Under the pieces are notes generated by a model. It was not told the DNA's origin. It saw nothing but the letters and a program-made list of their open reading frames with translations, and ran no database searches. A DNA stretch of 64,000 bases, taken from a virus (lineage: Duplodnaviria > Caudoviricetes). The translations under genes and the position numbers were made by a program. The number at the start of each line of letters is the position of its first letter. Positions within the stretch are counted from its first letter, which is position 1. This document shows, piece by piece, positions 40,954 through 51,339 of this stretch. The DNA lies in the IMG/VR virus record IMGVR_UViG_3300027542_000004, positions 1 through 64,000 of that record; one strand, 5' to 3'.

Positions 40954-41214
40954 ATGGCAACACTTATAAAGGCAGACGGAACGCAGACCGTCGTACACCC
41001 GCAAGCCGGCATCGGCAAAAAGTTTACCCTCAAAGAAATGCAGACCTTTGTTGATGGCTACGTGCAATACATCTACCTTGAAAGCGGAAAGATAGCCGTG
41101 GTCAATGAAGAGGGGCGCATCATAGGGCTTAAACCTAACGCCCGCGCAAGCCTTGTAACCGGCTACAATCTTGTTGGCGATGTCTTAATTTGCGATAATG
41201 GCGAATTAGATTAG
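40954..41214 (+). CDS. DUF3846-family protein
   Basis: LKEMQ..V.GY.Q, VNEEG...GL.PN..AS, LVGD. Confidence 0.75.
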   Translation: MATLIKADGTQTVVHPQAGIGKKFTLKEMQTFVDGYVQYIYLESGKIAVVNEEGRIIGLKPNARASLVTGYNLVGDVLICDNGELD

Positions 41215-41271
41215 GTCAAGAGCAAGAAAATCACTAATTTTGCAGTACAACTAAACGAGAAAAGTACAATC

Positions 41272-41876
41272 ATGGTAACAATCAAGATAGAATTTGAATA
41301 CGAGGGCAAGCAGCACAACCTCAAGGCGATGCTTAACAACGACCTGTCAAAGTTAAGTAAAAGTAAAAATAACAACGCCACGGAAATTGTTGATGACTTC
41401 GGCGATGATGGGCGGTGGTCTTTGTATTTTGCCGATTTCGATGATGAGCACGATGTCGAAGTGATGATGTATCGTGATGCTGATGGCGATAAACAGCTTG
41501 AGGCTGATTATGCAATTATTTGGAACAAAGGCAATAATGGTGTCATAGAAGATGAGATTGATGTAAAATCCAGCGTTAAACACACCTAAAGCATATCATG
41601 GAATCCGATAATTATTACGAGGTGTTTACCAATGTCAATCATGCTGCAAGTAAGCTCTATGTGGTTGAAATGGCTTTTTCGCTTGAAGAAGCACACGAAA
41701 CGCTTAAAGGCATGAAATCAAGGGTATGCGGAAAGCGACCTCGCAAATTCAAAGGTACATACGCCGATGATGAAGATGCGCCACTCGTTAACTTTGAAAT
41801 TGTGCGCGTTATTGATGGCTGCGCCGAAGAAGATGCCACGTATCAGACAGATTGGTATCACGCATTACGAAAATAG
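41272..41876 (+). CDS. Two hypothetical ORFs (41272-41589, 41598-41876)
   Basis: Follow TAATTTTG promoter at ~41235. Confidence 0.6.
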
Positions 41877-41935
41877 AATTACTTGATGAAACAAAGATAT
41901 TGATTACAAGCGTCTTCATACGCACTTATTGGGTA

Positions 41936-41966
41936 GCCTCGGCACTGCGCCGGGGCTTTTCTTTTG
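41936..41966 (+). terminator. Intrinsic terminator
   Basis: AGCCTCGG..CCGGGGCT followed by TTTCTTTT. Confidence 0.6.
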
Positions 41967-42024
41967 CACTGGCGTTCCGCGATTAAATTTGATGCTTATT
42001 TTTCTTGAAAAAAGTTGCTGAAAA

Positions 42025-42085
42025 ATTTGCACAATTAAAGTATTTACTTTAACTTTGCAGTGTAATCAATAACACCAATATAAGT
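42025..42085 (+). promoter_or_regulatory. Repeated promoter cassette, copy 3, with palindrome TTAAAGTA-TT-TACTTTAA
   Basis: Direct reading. Confidence 0.75.
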
Positions 42086-42092
42086 GAACAGT

Positions 42093-43092
42093 ATGGATAC
42101 GACTAAAGAACTGAACGCAAGACTTGAGATAGTAAACCTCAAGGGATACAGATTCAACACGCCCAAAGGCATCTGTACGATGCGCGGCTTCGCCTTTTTC
42201 ATCAAGGGCAAGGGCTTTGTAAGATTCAAACATGACCTCCCCGGCGTACCTTATGCGCCATGTGGCGGCAGAAAGGCGTTACTTTCAATCCTGAACAGTG
42301 GCGGCTTCGTGAACTATGACGGCTTAGAATTTACCAACCCTATCAGCGAAAACTAAACGACCATGACAACAGAACAGCGCAAAGCGATAGCTGCGGAAGC
42401 AAAGATACCATTCTGCAACGTGGCAGCTTTCAGAAATCCCGACAATGCAAAGAGTTATCTTCGGCACACGGTCAAGATGAACATGATGATGCGCGTCAAG
42501 GGCGAATACTGGATAGTGTCGCCTGCGGAAGCTGAACGCCTCAATAAACTTGGTTACGAATACGCTAAATTTTAATCGCCATGACAGCAAAGCAATCCCT
42601 TAAAAATTACATAGCCTATCTTATCGGCAAGGGTCAGAGCATCGGCTTACTTGAAGCAGTCAAGACAGACGTACCACGCGCCGACGGCATCGCCGGCACA
42701 CGCGAATTTGAAATCACGGAACTTTACCGCGATGGTCGCGGTGTTTGCCACATCAGCGACGGCATCAATCGCCGCAGTGTTCACGAACTTACGGAAAGCC
42801 AGTGCAAGCATATTCTTGTTAACCTTTAATCAGCAGCATCATGGGTATATTAAGACTTAAACGAGTCCACGGAACGGATTACGAAAATTTCAATGCCGGC
42901 TATGCGCTCTACGAGGATGAAGCCGGTCGCCAGTATAGCGGATATGTAGGTCGCGGAAACACGCCAGACCCTCGTTTCTGGGCTACACTTAATCAATATT
43001 GGGAACGCGACCTCAGTATCTTCACACGCGAATATTGCGAATATCAGGGCATCGACCGCCCACAGTACACGCAGATTGAAATCATCGGCTAA
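42093..43092 (+). CDS. Array of four small hypothetical ORFs (42093-42356, 42363-42575, 42581-42829, 42841-43092)
   Basis: Tightly spaced ATG ORFs. Confidence 0.65.
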
Positions 43093-43241
43093 CAATCTCG
43101 TCATCAGCGAAAAGCGGAAGCCGACAGCCATAATCGGCTTATAATGGGCATGTAGTCACGTCTGCCGGGATTTGAATAGCAAAAGTTAAAGCATTTACTT
43201 TGTTAAATAATCTTAAATAAAAGTATTTTTCTTATATTATT

Positions 43242-43300
43242 ATTTGGTAGATTAAAGTATTTACTATAACTTTGTAACCGTAATCAAAACCCAATAAGAT
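43242..43300 (+). promoter_or_regulatory. Repeated promoter cassette, copy 4
   Basis: ATTTGGTAGATTAAAGTATTTACTATAACTTTGTA. Confidence 0.75.
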
Positions 43301-43504
43301 ATGAAGACTACAAACAACCCCTACAAGATTGAACATGTCAGCGATTTTGGCATGGCCTATTATCAGGTAGTGCGCAAGCGCGATGAAGCCATTCTCTACG
43401 CCAATAGCAACATTGACAACATCGCCTCTTTCATTCTTGACGAGGGCATCGACGTGGCCGGCTTTGACGCAGTGCCTGAATTTGCAAACAATCACGTTTT
43501 CTAA
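43301..43504 (+). CDS. Hypothetical protein
   Basis: First ORF after promoter. Confidence 0.6.
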   Translation: MKTTNNPYKIEHVSDFGMAYYQVVRKRDEAILYANSNIDNIASFILDEGIDVAGFDAVPEFANNHVF

Positions 43505-43516
43505 ATCTGAACGACC

Positions 43517-43777
43517 ATGACCGCTACAATAGAACTTATACAGGAGGCAACCCCAAGGGGCGAATACAAGCCCACAACGCTTGACGAGCTAAAGGCTAAA
43601 GCAGACATTCTCGTTACGGCGATTGATAGCCACTATGAAATCGTGGTAAAGAACCCAAGCATAAAGCTCAATGGGCGCGGCATCAAGCGCAGCACGTACA
43701 TCGGCAACATCTTCTATGTGACCGAGCGCGTCTATAAGCAGCTATGCAAAGAATATAACGTAATGTGCGACTTCTAA
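43517..43777 (+). CDS. Hypothetical protein, duplicated at 48004-48291
   Basis: C-terminal ~60 aa identical between copies. Confidence 0.75.
   Translation: MTATIELIQEATPRGEYKPTTLDELKAKADILVTAIDSHYEIVVKNPSIKLNGRGIKRSTYIGNIFYVTERVYKQLCKEYNVMCDF
43622..43722 (+). repeat. 101-bp perfect inverted repeat, left copy (partner 48059-48159)
   Basis: Base-by-base comparison. Confidence 0.88.
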
Positions 43778-43788
43778 TTTTCATCAAC

Positions 43789-45690
43789 ATGGCATCAACT
43801 CACTTCATAATATACCACAAGCAGCATGAAGACGAGGGCATCGTACTTGACGGCTTCAAATGCGCTTACAAGGGCGACAAAGATGATATGGCAAGAGTCT
43901 ATCGTGAATTTTTCAACAAGGCTAAAAAGCTCGTTGAACTGGGACAGGCAACAGACCTAAAAGAAAGTTATGACGATGATGGAACGCTTTCTTTCAAGTT
44001 TACCCGCAACGGTATCGTGATGAAGACTTTCTCATGTGAACGCAAGCGAGCCGCATGGCTTCTCGCATAATACACCCGGTTATGACATCAAAAGAGAAAA
44101 TATACGCGCAAATCCTTGAAACGCGGAACGCGATTGACAAGCTGAACGGCAACGCACCCCGTTACGACATCGACAAGTGCCTACGCACCAACTATGCGCA
44201 GACACACACAAGGGCAGAACTTAATACAGAACTGGGCATCGCCCAATCCTGCCTACGGAACACCCGGAGCAAAAAGGCGATTGAAAAATGGTACGGCACA
44301 CCCGCCGGCATCGCCTACCGCGAAGAGCGTGAGGCCAAAATCAAAAGCCTGCGGCGCGAAGTCTTGAACACCCACCGCGATACGACAAGCGACGTGCATC
44401 GCTTCATCTATCAGCACCTCGGCAAGCAGTGGCGTGTGCGCGTCATCGGCGAAAGAGCCATGACGATAGAACTACTTAACAAGGTCGGAAAGAGCCAATT
44501 CGGATACGACATTGAGTTTTACTACGGCCACGAAACATGCGACCCGGATAAGTTTGAAATCAGTTGCTCAAGTGTCGGCGGCTATGACCCAACGCAGGAC
44601 TCGCGCAGGCTTGACTATTTCATCGGCCTGACCACGCTATCAAAGTACGACGTGGCTACTGAACTGAAAAGCCTCTTGAAGTCTTTCTCGGATTATTGTT
44701 ACCGACAGGGCAATGAAATCTACCGACTTGAAAACGAACTTGAAAACCCACCTTACAATGGCTAAAAAGAAAGAACCGGTATTATGCTACTTTCATTTCA
44801 TGTATAACCAGTGGAATGAACAGACGGCACAAAAGGTATTTGCAGACGCTTCGTGCGGATGGCAGTACCTATGGGATAAATGGTGCCGCTTATGCGATGA
44901 CTATGGGATGTATGGTGCAATAACAATGTTTTACACTGAGAGTCTTGACGGCAATCTTCAAAAGATGCTTGCAGACGCTTCAAACGAATACTACAATGGA
45001 AAATAACAAACTACCCCAGATTGATTACAATCAATTTTGTGGTGATACACATATCACCACAAAGGATATGATGCCTGAACTTGTTGCCTATTCTATCCTA
45101 TGGCACAATATGGGCTACGGAAATGACCCGGTGACACAGACTGAAACATCACGCGCTCATGTGCTTTGTCTGCCTTTCGCCCTAAAGATACGCGACAGAC
45201 TGCGTGAAGATGGCAGATGGCCGGAAGATAAGAATGTAGAATACACAGGTATCATCATATCGATACTGATGATTAAGGCTGCCGGTCTGACCCCAGAGAA
45301 ACTCAAGATGCTACGCGATGTTATCACTGATGAAATCTTTAGAGCCGGTATCTTCTGATGATGTTCAACGAAAGAAAACCTATCACAACGCTTGCAGGGG
45401 TGAAAGCCTTTGCAAGCTATCTCTTCTTTGACCTTGCGACTGCCTTTCATCCTGATGATGACTTCACGGAATATGTCAAGCATGAAGATGGCGGAGCTGC
45501 CTTTGCATCGGTCAGGGCTGAAAGATTGAATCAAAGAATGTCGGAATGTCGCCAAGTGTGCGATGCCGCAGGTGTCGATATATGCGAGCAGATGGGTGTT
45601 GCATTAGATTATTTCAATGCGATAGCATCCGGGGCAACTCCTGACGAAGCAAGAAAGGCCACTTATTTTGATTTTGACGGCTCGCAATGA
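43789..45690 (+). CDS. Array of five hypothetical ORFs (43789-44070, 44082-44765, 44758-45006, 44996-45358, 45358-45690)
   Basis: Overlapping or coupled ORFs. Confidence 0.65.
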
Positions 45691-45889
45691 TGTTAGGTAG
45701 GCAGATGTACCACTTGCATAGAATAAAGCGAAATTTGGCACATCTGATGCAGAAATAAGGGTGTTTAGGATTTACGCCACGATTGTCATTGTAAGTGTGA
45801 ATGAAAAAGGATGACATTTTCGCCCGGTCATCAAGGTTGGGAATGCGCATCGCGGAAAATCGCAAATCGGTCTTTTTGTTTATTTTTTC

Positions 45890-46097
45890 ATCATACTTTT
45901 CTTTCATTCTTCTTATTCTCTTTATTCTCTTTATTCTTATTATTATTGTTTGTGGCGGTTTGACCTCCTATTGGATGGCGGTTTGACCTCCTATTGGATG
46001 GCGGTTTGGGGTGCGGTTTGTTGGTTGTAAAATTGTAGAGTAGTGGTGTAAAACACACGGAAACAATAAATTGTGTTGGCGTTTTGCTGGTTGTAAT
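45890..46097 (-). repeat. Intergenic copy of the initiator-gene iteron region with a 23-bp tandem repeat
   Basis: Minus strand shares TTACAACCAACAAACCGC and AACCGCCACAAACAATAATAATAAGAATAAA with 8757-8867; TGGCGGTTTGACCTCCTATTGGA x2.4 at 45953-46008. Confidence 0.82.
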
Positions 46098-46137
46098 AAA
46101 AAATCCACTGAATCCGGATATGGGCTCAGTGGATTTT
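46098..46137 (-). terminator. Intrinsic terminator after Rha gene
   Basis: AAAATCCACTGA...TCAGTGGATTTT. Confidence 0.75.
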
Positions 46138-46159
46138 CTTATGCAGATTGTTGTGCCGG

Positions 46160-46777
46160 TCAGGGCATACGGTTTCCGAGGATGAAAGAATGACCATCTC
46201 CAAGCTTCCGTCTGATGATGTAACCGCCCATTTCAAGTCTGTCCCACGCTTCTTCAACGTCAATCTTGTCGATTCCGAGTGCTTTTGAAATCATGTTGTT
46301 GGTGACAACGAAAGGTACTTCTCGCGACGACCTGATGCCGTTCCGCAGATATGAATATATCGCTACATCATAGGCGCTTAGTATGACATCTGTTGCCGGG
46401 ATAATCTTTCCGCTGGCAAGGTCTTCACGCATCTCGTCTGCGAGCCTACGCGATTCCGCGAATATGTCGGCCATCGTTTCCGGACGTTGGATGCTTTCAA
46501 GTTCTTTCCATCTTCGGATAAGGATTGCCCGCTGTCGGTCATCATACTTTGATGTGACGAATAGCGTTTGTTCAAATGTCAGTTCATAACATGGTCTTTG
46601 CTTCCCTTGCGAATCTGTGTATGAGGTGAGGGCAAAATTTCCCTCACCTACTTCAATCCAGACTTTCTCCATCTTACGGATGACCTTTAACAAATCGGCA
46701 TGGCGAATATCAAGAAACTGAGCTATCTCAAGACTGGTTCTTGTTGGTTGCCTGTAAATCGTTGGTACTACTTCCAT
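46160..46777 (-). CDS. Rha-family phage regulator with C-terminal winged HTH
   Basis: TSLEIA....RHADLLK.IR, SY.D.QGK.RPCYEL, I.RW.ELE. Confidence 0.85.
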   Translation of the reverse strand: MEVVPTIYRQPTRTSLEIAQFLDIRHADLLKVIRKMEKVWIEVGEGNFALTSYTDSQGKQRPCYELTFEQTLFVTSKYDDRQRAILIRRWKELESIQRPETMADIFAESRRLADEMREDLASGKIIPATDVILSAYDVAIYSYLRNGIRSSREVPFVVTNNMISKALGIDKIDVEEAWDRLEMGGYIIRRKLGDGHSFILGNRMP

Positions 46778-47019
46778 AATCCTTGATATTAGTCAAATTC
46801 AAATTCATCATCATAAAGGTCAATGGTGGTCCCGCTGCTGAACTGGATGACGAACCGGTATCCGTTTCTACCGATGATGGTGCCGCGATGGTATCCGCGC
46901 CACGGCTCTTTCAATTCTACTTGCTTTCCGTATTCAGGGAAATTTGTATCTTCTTCGTACATTGCTGATGGGTGTTATGGGCGACCCGGATTGCAGAGCC
47001 GCCCGGTTAGACATTGTAA

Positions 47020-47661
47020 TTATGCGGTCACTGATGATTCAATCAGTTCCGTGTCGATATAGGCGTTATCAACGTTGATTTCATTACCCTCATCGTCAAG
47101 AGTCCAGACACGCGATGTCAGGATTTCAAGATGTGGCTTGTTGATGCCGCCCACCGATGCGACCATATCATTTCCGATTTCCACGCTTACACAGAAATAG
47201 CCGGTCACTACCGGGGTGATTGCAGCCACCACTGCCGCCAGTGCGAGGGATGCTGCCTTTGAATTGAAACTTGTTACTTGCATTTTCATTCGCTTTATTG
47301 GTTGATTACATAAAAGTCTTTTCAGATAAACCATCCTCCCCCAACTGAGCATATCTTCCGTTTCCTGAATATCCTTTGCCTCCTGCCATGCTTCGCGTAT
47401 GCGGTATGATGCCTCCTTTTCAATGCGGTATTTATCCGGCTTGCCATAAGGGATTTCTTCATCATCTGCATTATAGTGATAGACGTTACATTCATTGATA
47501 GAAACGTCACCATCCTCATCATCAATCCATCCACTGACTTCACATGACAGGGCGTTTCCGTCTTCATCATCATATTCAACAGAAGTAAAGAATCTGCCCG
47601 GCTCACATTCATAGACGGCATTGATAATAGCATCTTCAAGGTCTTTCAGGTTGGGTATCAT
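47020..47661 (-). CDS. One frame that looks like two fused small genes (starts ~47661 and ~47289)
   Basis: A-rich leader-like linker before internal ATG; G5 tract at junction. Confidence 0.5.
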   Translation of the reverse strand: MIPNLKDLEDAIINAVYECEPGRFFTSVEYDDEDGNALSCEVSGWIDDEDGDVSINECNVYHYNADDEEIPYGKPDKYRIEKEASYRIREAWQEAKDIQETEDMLSWGRMVYLKRLLCNQPIKRMKMQVTSFNSKAASLALAAVVAAITPVVTGYFCVSVEIGNDMVASVGGINKPHLEILTSRVWTLDDEGNEINVDNAYIDTELIESSVTA

Positions 47662-47662
47662 G

Positions 47663-47992
47663 TCAAGCCATTTTATAGAGGTTGCATTTCTTGAAAGAAC
47701 GATACTCCTGCTTCTCGGTATCATAGTACACTTGCACTGTGTCTGCCGGTCTGCGACCGCTCCCCTGCGTTTCAGGGAGGCGGTGTGGGTCAAGTGTGCC
47801 GAAAGCCTGTCTGAGCGTTCCGTCAACTTTCATAAAGAAGAATTGTACGATGCCGGTGCGCATAGCTTTTGTAACTTTGGCGTTGAGCCATGCCACCTTG
47901 AGGGCTTCTGCCATTGTGAAGCCGTTGCGTTTTACGAACATCCATGCCATTCTCATAATGTTGGCGAGGGTTGATTTTCTTTCGTTGCTCAT
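47663..47992 (-). CDS. SH3 beta-barrel / DUF2693 (WYL_2-like) protein
   Basis: M..AW...EALK.AW, F.KVDGTLR.A.GTL, YYDTEK..YRSFKK.NL. Confidence 0.8.
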   Translation of the reverse strand: MSNERKSTLANIMRMAWMFVKRNGFTMAEALKVAWLNAKVTKAMRTGIVQFFFMKVDGTLRQAFGTLDPHRLPETQGSGRRPADTVQVYYDTEKQEYRSFKKCNLYKMA

Positions 47993-48003
47993 AGCCGTAT
48001 CTT

Positions 48004-48291
48004 TTAGAAGTCACACATTACGTTGTATTCTTTGCAGAGCTGCTTGTAAACTCTTTCAGTCACATAGAAGATGTTGCCGATGTACGTGCTGCGCTTGATG
48101 CCGCGCCCATTGAGCTTTATGCTTGGGTTCTTTACCACGATTTCATAGTGGCTATCAATAGCCGTTACAAGTATGTCTGCCTTTGCCTTTTCATCATCAA
48201 GTGTTGTGCGCTTGTATTCGCCACGCTTGATGAAATTGTCGTTAGGTACAAAGTAACCTGTTGCTGTGCCATATTCGTTTGTAGTAGTCAT
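48004..48291 (-). CDS. Hypothetical protein, paralog of 43517-43777
   Basis: Identical C-terminal ~60 aa. Confidence 0.75.
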   Translation of the reverse strand: MTTTNEYGTATGYFVPNDNFIKRGEYKRTTLDDEKAKADILVTAIDSHYEIVVKNPSIKLNGRGIKRSTYIGNIFYVTERVYKQLCKEYNVMCDF

Positions 48292-48302
48292 ATCTTATCG
48301 TT

Positions 48303-48569
48303 TTAGAAGAGTTTTACAATTACATTACCATTCTCAGCGTTGACAGAACCATCGTTGATTAAACCGCGATTCTTGGCGATTGCGATGTTAAGACCAGCCT
48401 CAGAGCAAACATCCATTGAATTTGTGAAAGGGGGCAGTTGAAAAGTAATGATTGCACCTGCCACGCCTCTCTGCCAGTTGTCGATGACGCTTGCGCGAAA
48501 AACATTCTCAAGGCGTTCAACCATGTTGGCTGATGCTTTCTTGAAGTCTATCTTATTTGTCTTTCTCAT
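48303..48569 (-). CDS. Hypothetical protein
   Basis: First ORF after minus-strand TAACTTTG promoter (~48614). Confidence 0.6.
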   Translation of the reverse strand: MRKTNKIDFKKASANMVERLENVFRASVIDNWQRGVAGAIITFQLPPFTNSMDVCSEAGLNIAIAKNRGLINDGSVNAENGNVIVKLF

Positions 48570-48789
48570 ATCGTTGGTCTTTTGTTGTCGTTTAACTTTG
48601 ATGATGCAAAGTTATAGAATAAAATCTATATATGCAAATAAAATATAGTCTAAACACTATTATTTAACAATTATTAACAATAGGCTAAAATCTATAAATA
48701 ATAAAAATAATAGCGTTTAGTCTAATTTAATTTTGTAGATTAAATTTTTTTGTTTAATTTTGCACCATTAAAAATATAGATTAAAGGCT

Positions 48790-49293
48790 ATGGATATAAA
48801 GCAAAGAATAAAAGAGGCAGGGATGACCGTCAGTGAAGTGGCGGCTCGGATGCCACGACCGGATGGAGGTGTGGGAATTGCACAGGCTTCATTATCTGCT
48901 ATAATTAATGGCAATCCGACTATAAATAAATTGAAAGACATTGCCGATATTCTTGGTATATTGCTTTCGGAACTTGTTAAGGATGAATCTTCGTTAACTC
49001 AAAGGATTCACTGCCCTTATTGTGGAAAATCAATTCGTATAACATTGACAGCAGAAAAAGAAGAGCATCGGCATACACCGATAAGGAAAACTGTTGACTT
49101 ACGTCTGAATACTGATGATGGTACAAAATATAGATATAAGCATCCCCATTCAAGAGAAGAAAGAATGGCTATTCTGGAACTTCAAACCTTACCGGGTGAG
49201 GATGGCATGGTTAGTGTCCTTAATACAAATCCCATTGATTCGGATGGAAACGAAGTATTTGATATAGAATATGACCGTTTGATGCCAATATAA
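48790..49293 (+). CDS. XRE HTH regulator with zinc ribbon and C-terminal extension
   Basis: GMTVSEVA.RM...GNPT..KL..IA..LG; CPYCG. Confidence 0.8.
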   Translation: MDIKQRIKEAGMTVSEVAARMPRPDGGVGIAQASLSAIINGNPTINKLKDIADILGILLSELVKDESSLTQRIHCPYCGKSIRITLTAEKEEHRHTPIRKTVDLRLNTDDGTKYRYKHPHSREERMAILELQTLPGEDGMVSVLNTNPIDSDGNEVFDIEYDRLMPI

Positions 49294-49316
49294 TTTTATC
49301 ACAAAAATATAATAAT

Positions 49317-49925
49317 ATGAGAATATTTTCATTATTTATCGCATTTATGTTGACTTTCAACATATTCGCGGAAGAAGTCTTAATAGGGGGTTATCACGAT
49401 AACAATGGCGATGGCGAACATAATGTTATTGCTCGGCTTAAAGAAAATGGAAGTAAGATTGATTGTATCTATATTTTTGTTGCTTCAACAATGGGCAACG
49501 GATACTATCGTATAGACAGCAATAAAATTCCGGAATTTGTGACTGCATTGAGTGAAGTAAAAACAAAATTTGAGGAATGGTCAACACAAGCAATAGACAA
49601 TGGCATAGAAAAATTTACGAAACAAATCAGTGTTAACTTTCCAAAGGTGGTAGTTTATCTATCTGGAAAATCCAATTTCAATTTTTCGCAAAAGCTCAAT
49701 GCTCTTTTTCAAGTTGACAATGGGATTCCTTGTGTTTGGATATACGCTTCAACATCAACTAATTTTTCCAAATATAATAACAAGAAGGAAGTTTTCTCAA
49801 TGCTTTTTGAGAATCCATCTGACATAGATGGACTGATTTCTATTCTACGAGATGAAGAAACAATTTTGCAGTTAGCCCATAAAAATCTTCAAATCGAAAG
49901 GAAATTCGATGACCTCTTTCAATAG
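49317..49925 (+). CDS. AT-rich exported protein (moron-like)
   Basis: N-terminal signal-peptide-like MRIFSLFIAFMLTFNIFA. Confidence 0.65.
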   Translation: MRIFSLFIAFMLTFNIFAEEVLIGGYHDNNGDGEHNVIARLKENGSKIDCIYIFVASTMGNGYYRIDSNKIPEFVTALSEVKTKFEEWSTQAIDNGIEKFTKQISVNFPKVVVYLSGKSNFNFSQKLNALFQVDNGIPCVWIYASTSTNFSKYNNKKEVFSMLFENPSDIDGLISILRDEETILQLAHKNLQIERKFDDLFQ

Positions 49926-50064
49926 TTTTCAAGAATCCCTATAAACAATTTGCGCATCAGTCATCCGATTGGTGCGCTTTCTTTTTGTGCATACATGAAA
50001 GGCGACACGCATCAACGCGCATCGCCATCCGGCAGTAAAAAAAAGAAAAATTGTGTAGAAAGAC

Positions 50065-51339
50065 TTATTGTTCAGAAGTTATTTCCTCATTATCAATGGT
50101 CAACGCGCAGAAGCCTTTACAAGCTCCACGGAAACCATTGTGGTATTCTTTGGCAGTCATACGCTTCTTGTTTGGCAACTGCAAAATATCAATCGAAAGC
50201 AACATATCCTGACAGGCGACCATCAGTTTGCCATTCTCCCAGAACCATTCTCCGGGTGCGCGGAAGCCGCGAGGAATGTCAGTAAGACTTGCCTTGTGAA
50301 TCTTCACATCGGTTGCGGAATCTGCCTCAAGCAACCTTACCGAAGTCCATGCAGTCGGCACTGACCCTGCGATAGCCGGGGTCTTTGGATATTGTTCGCC
50401 ACAAATAACTGATGAATGGGCGCGTATGAAGTTATGAACGACTTCTGCGGAATCAGTCCAACGGATAAAGGCATCATTGCGGTAGAGCTTGGGCGCATGG
50501 CTCGGTTGAAAGAAATCGCATATAAGTTCTGACTGCGGAACTCCATTGCACGAATGACCAATACGCTGGATTGCATCATCCATCATATCCGCACCGAAAT
50601 TGCGAAGTCTGATATGCACTTCTTCCGCGCTTTCTTCCGGGCCTATGTAGATTCCGAGGTTGTTGATGATTTTGCCTGTATCCACACCCTTATCGATTAC
50701 GAAAGTGGTGATGCCGGTCATCGCGCTTCCGTCCTTGATTGCGGATGTGATAGTGGATGCGCCCCGGTACATTGGAAGAAGCGATGAATGGAGATTGATG
50801 ACTCCCCATTTAGGTATGCGGAACAATTCAGATGGTAATATGCAGTATTCAACCACAACTCCCAACGTGGGATTCAGATTGCGGATTTTTTGAAGAAAAG
50901 ATTCTGATTTAAGTTGAAGATGCGATGGCTGATATACAAGAAGACCTGCCTCTTCCGCATAAACACTGACAGGTGATGGGCAACACTTGTTTCCGCGACC
51001 GCAAGGCTTATTCTCCATAGTCACGACAGCAGCCACATCATATCCCTTTTCAACGAGCATCTTTAGAGTCGGCACAGCGAAATGTCCGTTTCCGAAAAAT
51101 ACAATCCTGATATTATTCCGATTCACCGGCTTTTCTTGGTCATATTCGGGATAAGCCGATATTGCGTCTTCCGGAACAATGCTATATCCATCGGCCTGAT
51201 TGACCTTAACTAAGTAATTGCCATCTTCATCCGGGCAAAGGATTCTGCACGGCACGAAAAACTGATTTTCAAATTGGTCGCCGGCGCAATGCCCAACCAC
51301 ATTTACCAAATGACCAACGCGGTATCTTGGAGCTTTCAT
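50065..51339 (-). CDS. fmt: Methionyl-tRNA formyltransferase homolog with N-terminal extra domain
   Basis: IVFFG...FAVP.L, VVT...KP.GRG, INLH.SLLP.YRGA, G.DTG, APK, C-terminal LQLP.KKRM. Confidence 0.88.
   Translation of the reverse strand: MKAPRYRVGHLVNVVGHCAGDQFENQFFVPCRILCPDEDGNYLVKVNQADGYSIVPEDAISAYPEYDQEKPVNRNNIRIVFFGNGHFAVPTLKMLVEKGYDVAAVVTMENKPCGRGNKCCPSPVSVYAEEAGLLVYQPSHLQLKSESFLQKIRNLNPTLGVVVEYCILPSELFRIPKWGVINLHSSLLPMYRGASTITSAIKDGSAMTGITTFVIDKGVDTGKIINNLGIYIGPEESAEEVHIRLRNFGADMMDDAIQRIGHSCNGVPQSELICDFFQPSHAPKLYRNDAFIRWTDSAEVVHNFIRAHSSVICGEQYPKTPAIAGSVPTAWTSVRLLEADSATDVKIHKASLTDIPRGFRAPGEWFWENGKLMVACQDMLLSIDILQLPNKKRMTAKEYHNGFRGACKGFCALTIDNEEITSEQ

Noticed and set aside
45953-46008. 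Possible CRISPR mini-array
   Set aside because: The 23-bp units are directly tandem with no spacers; no cas genes.
45890-46030. Possible DGR template/variable repeat pair with 8757-8867
   Set aside because: Differences are not adenine-specific substitutions and no reverse transcriptase is in the window.
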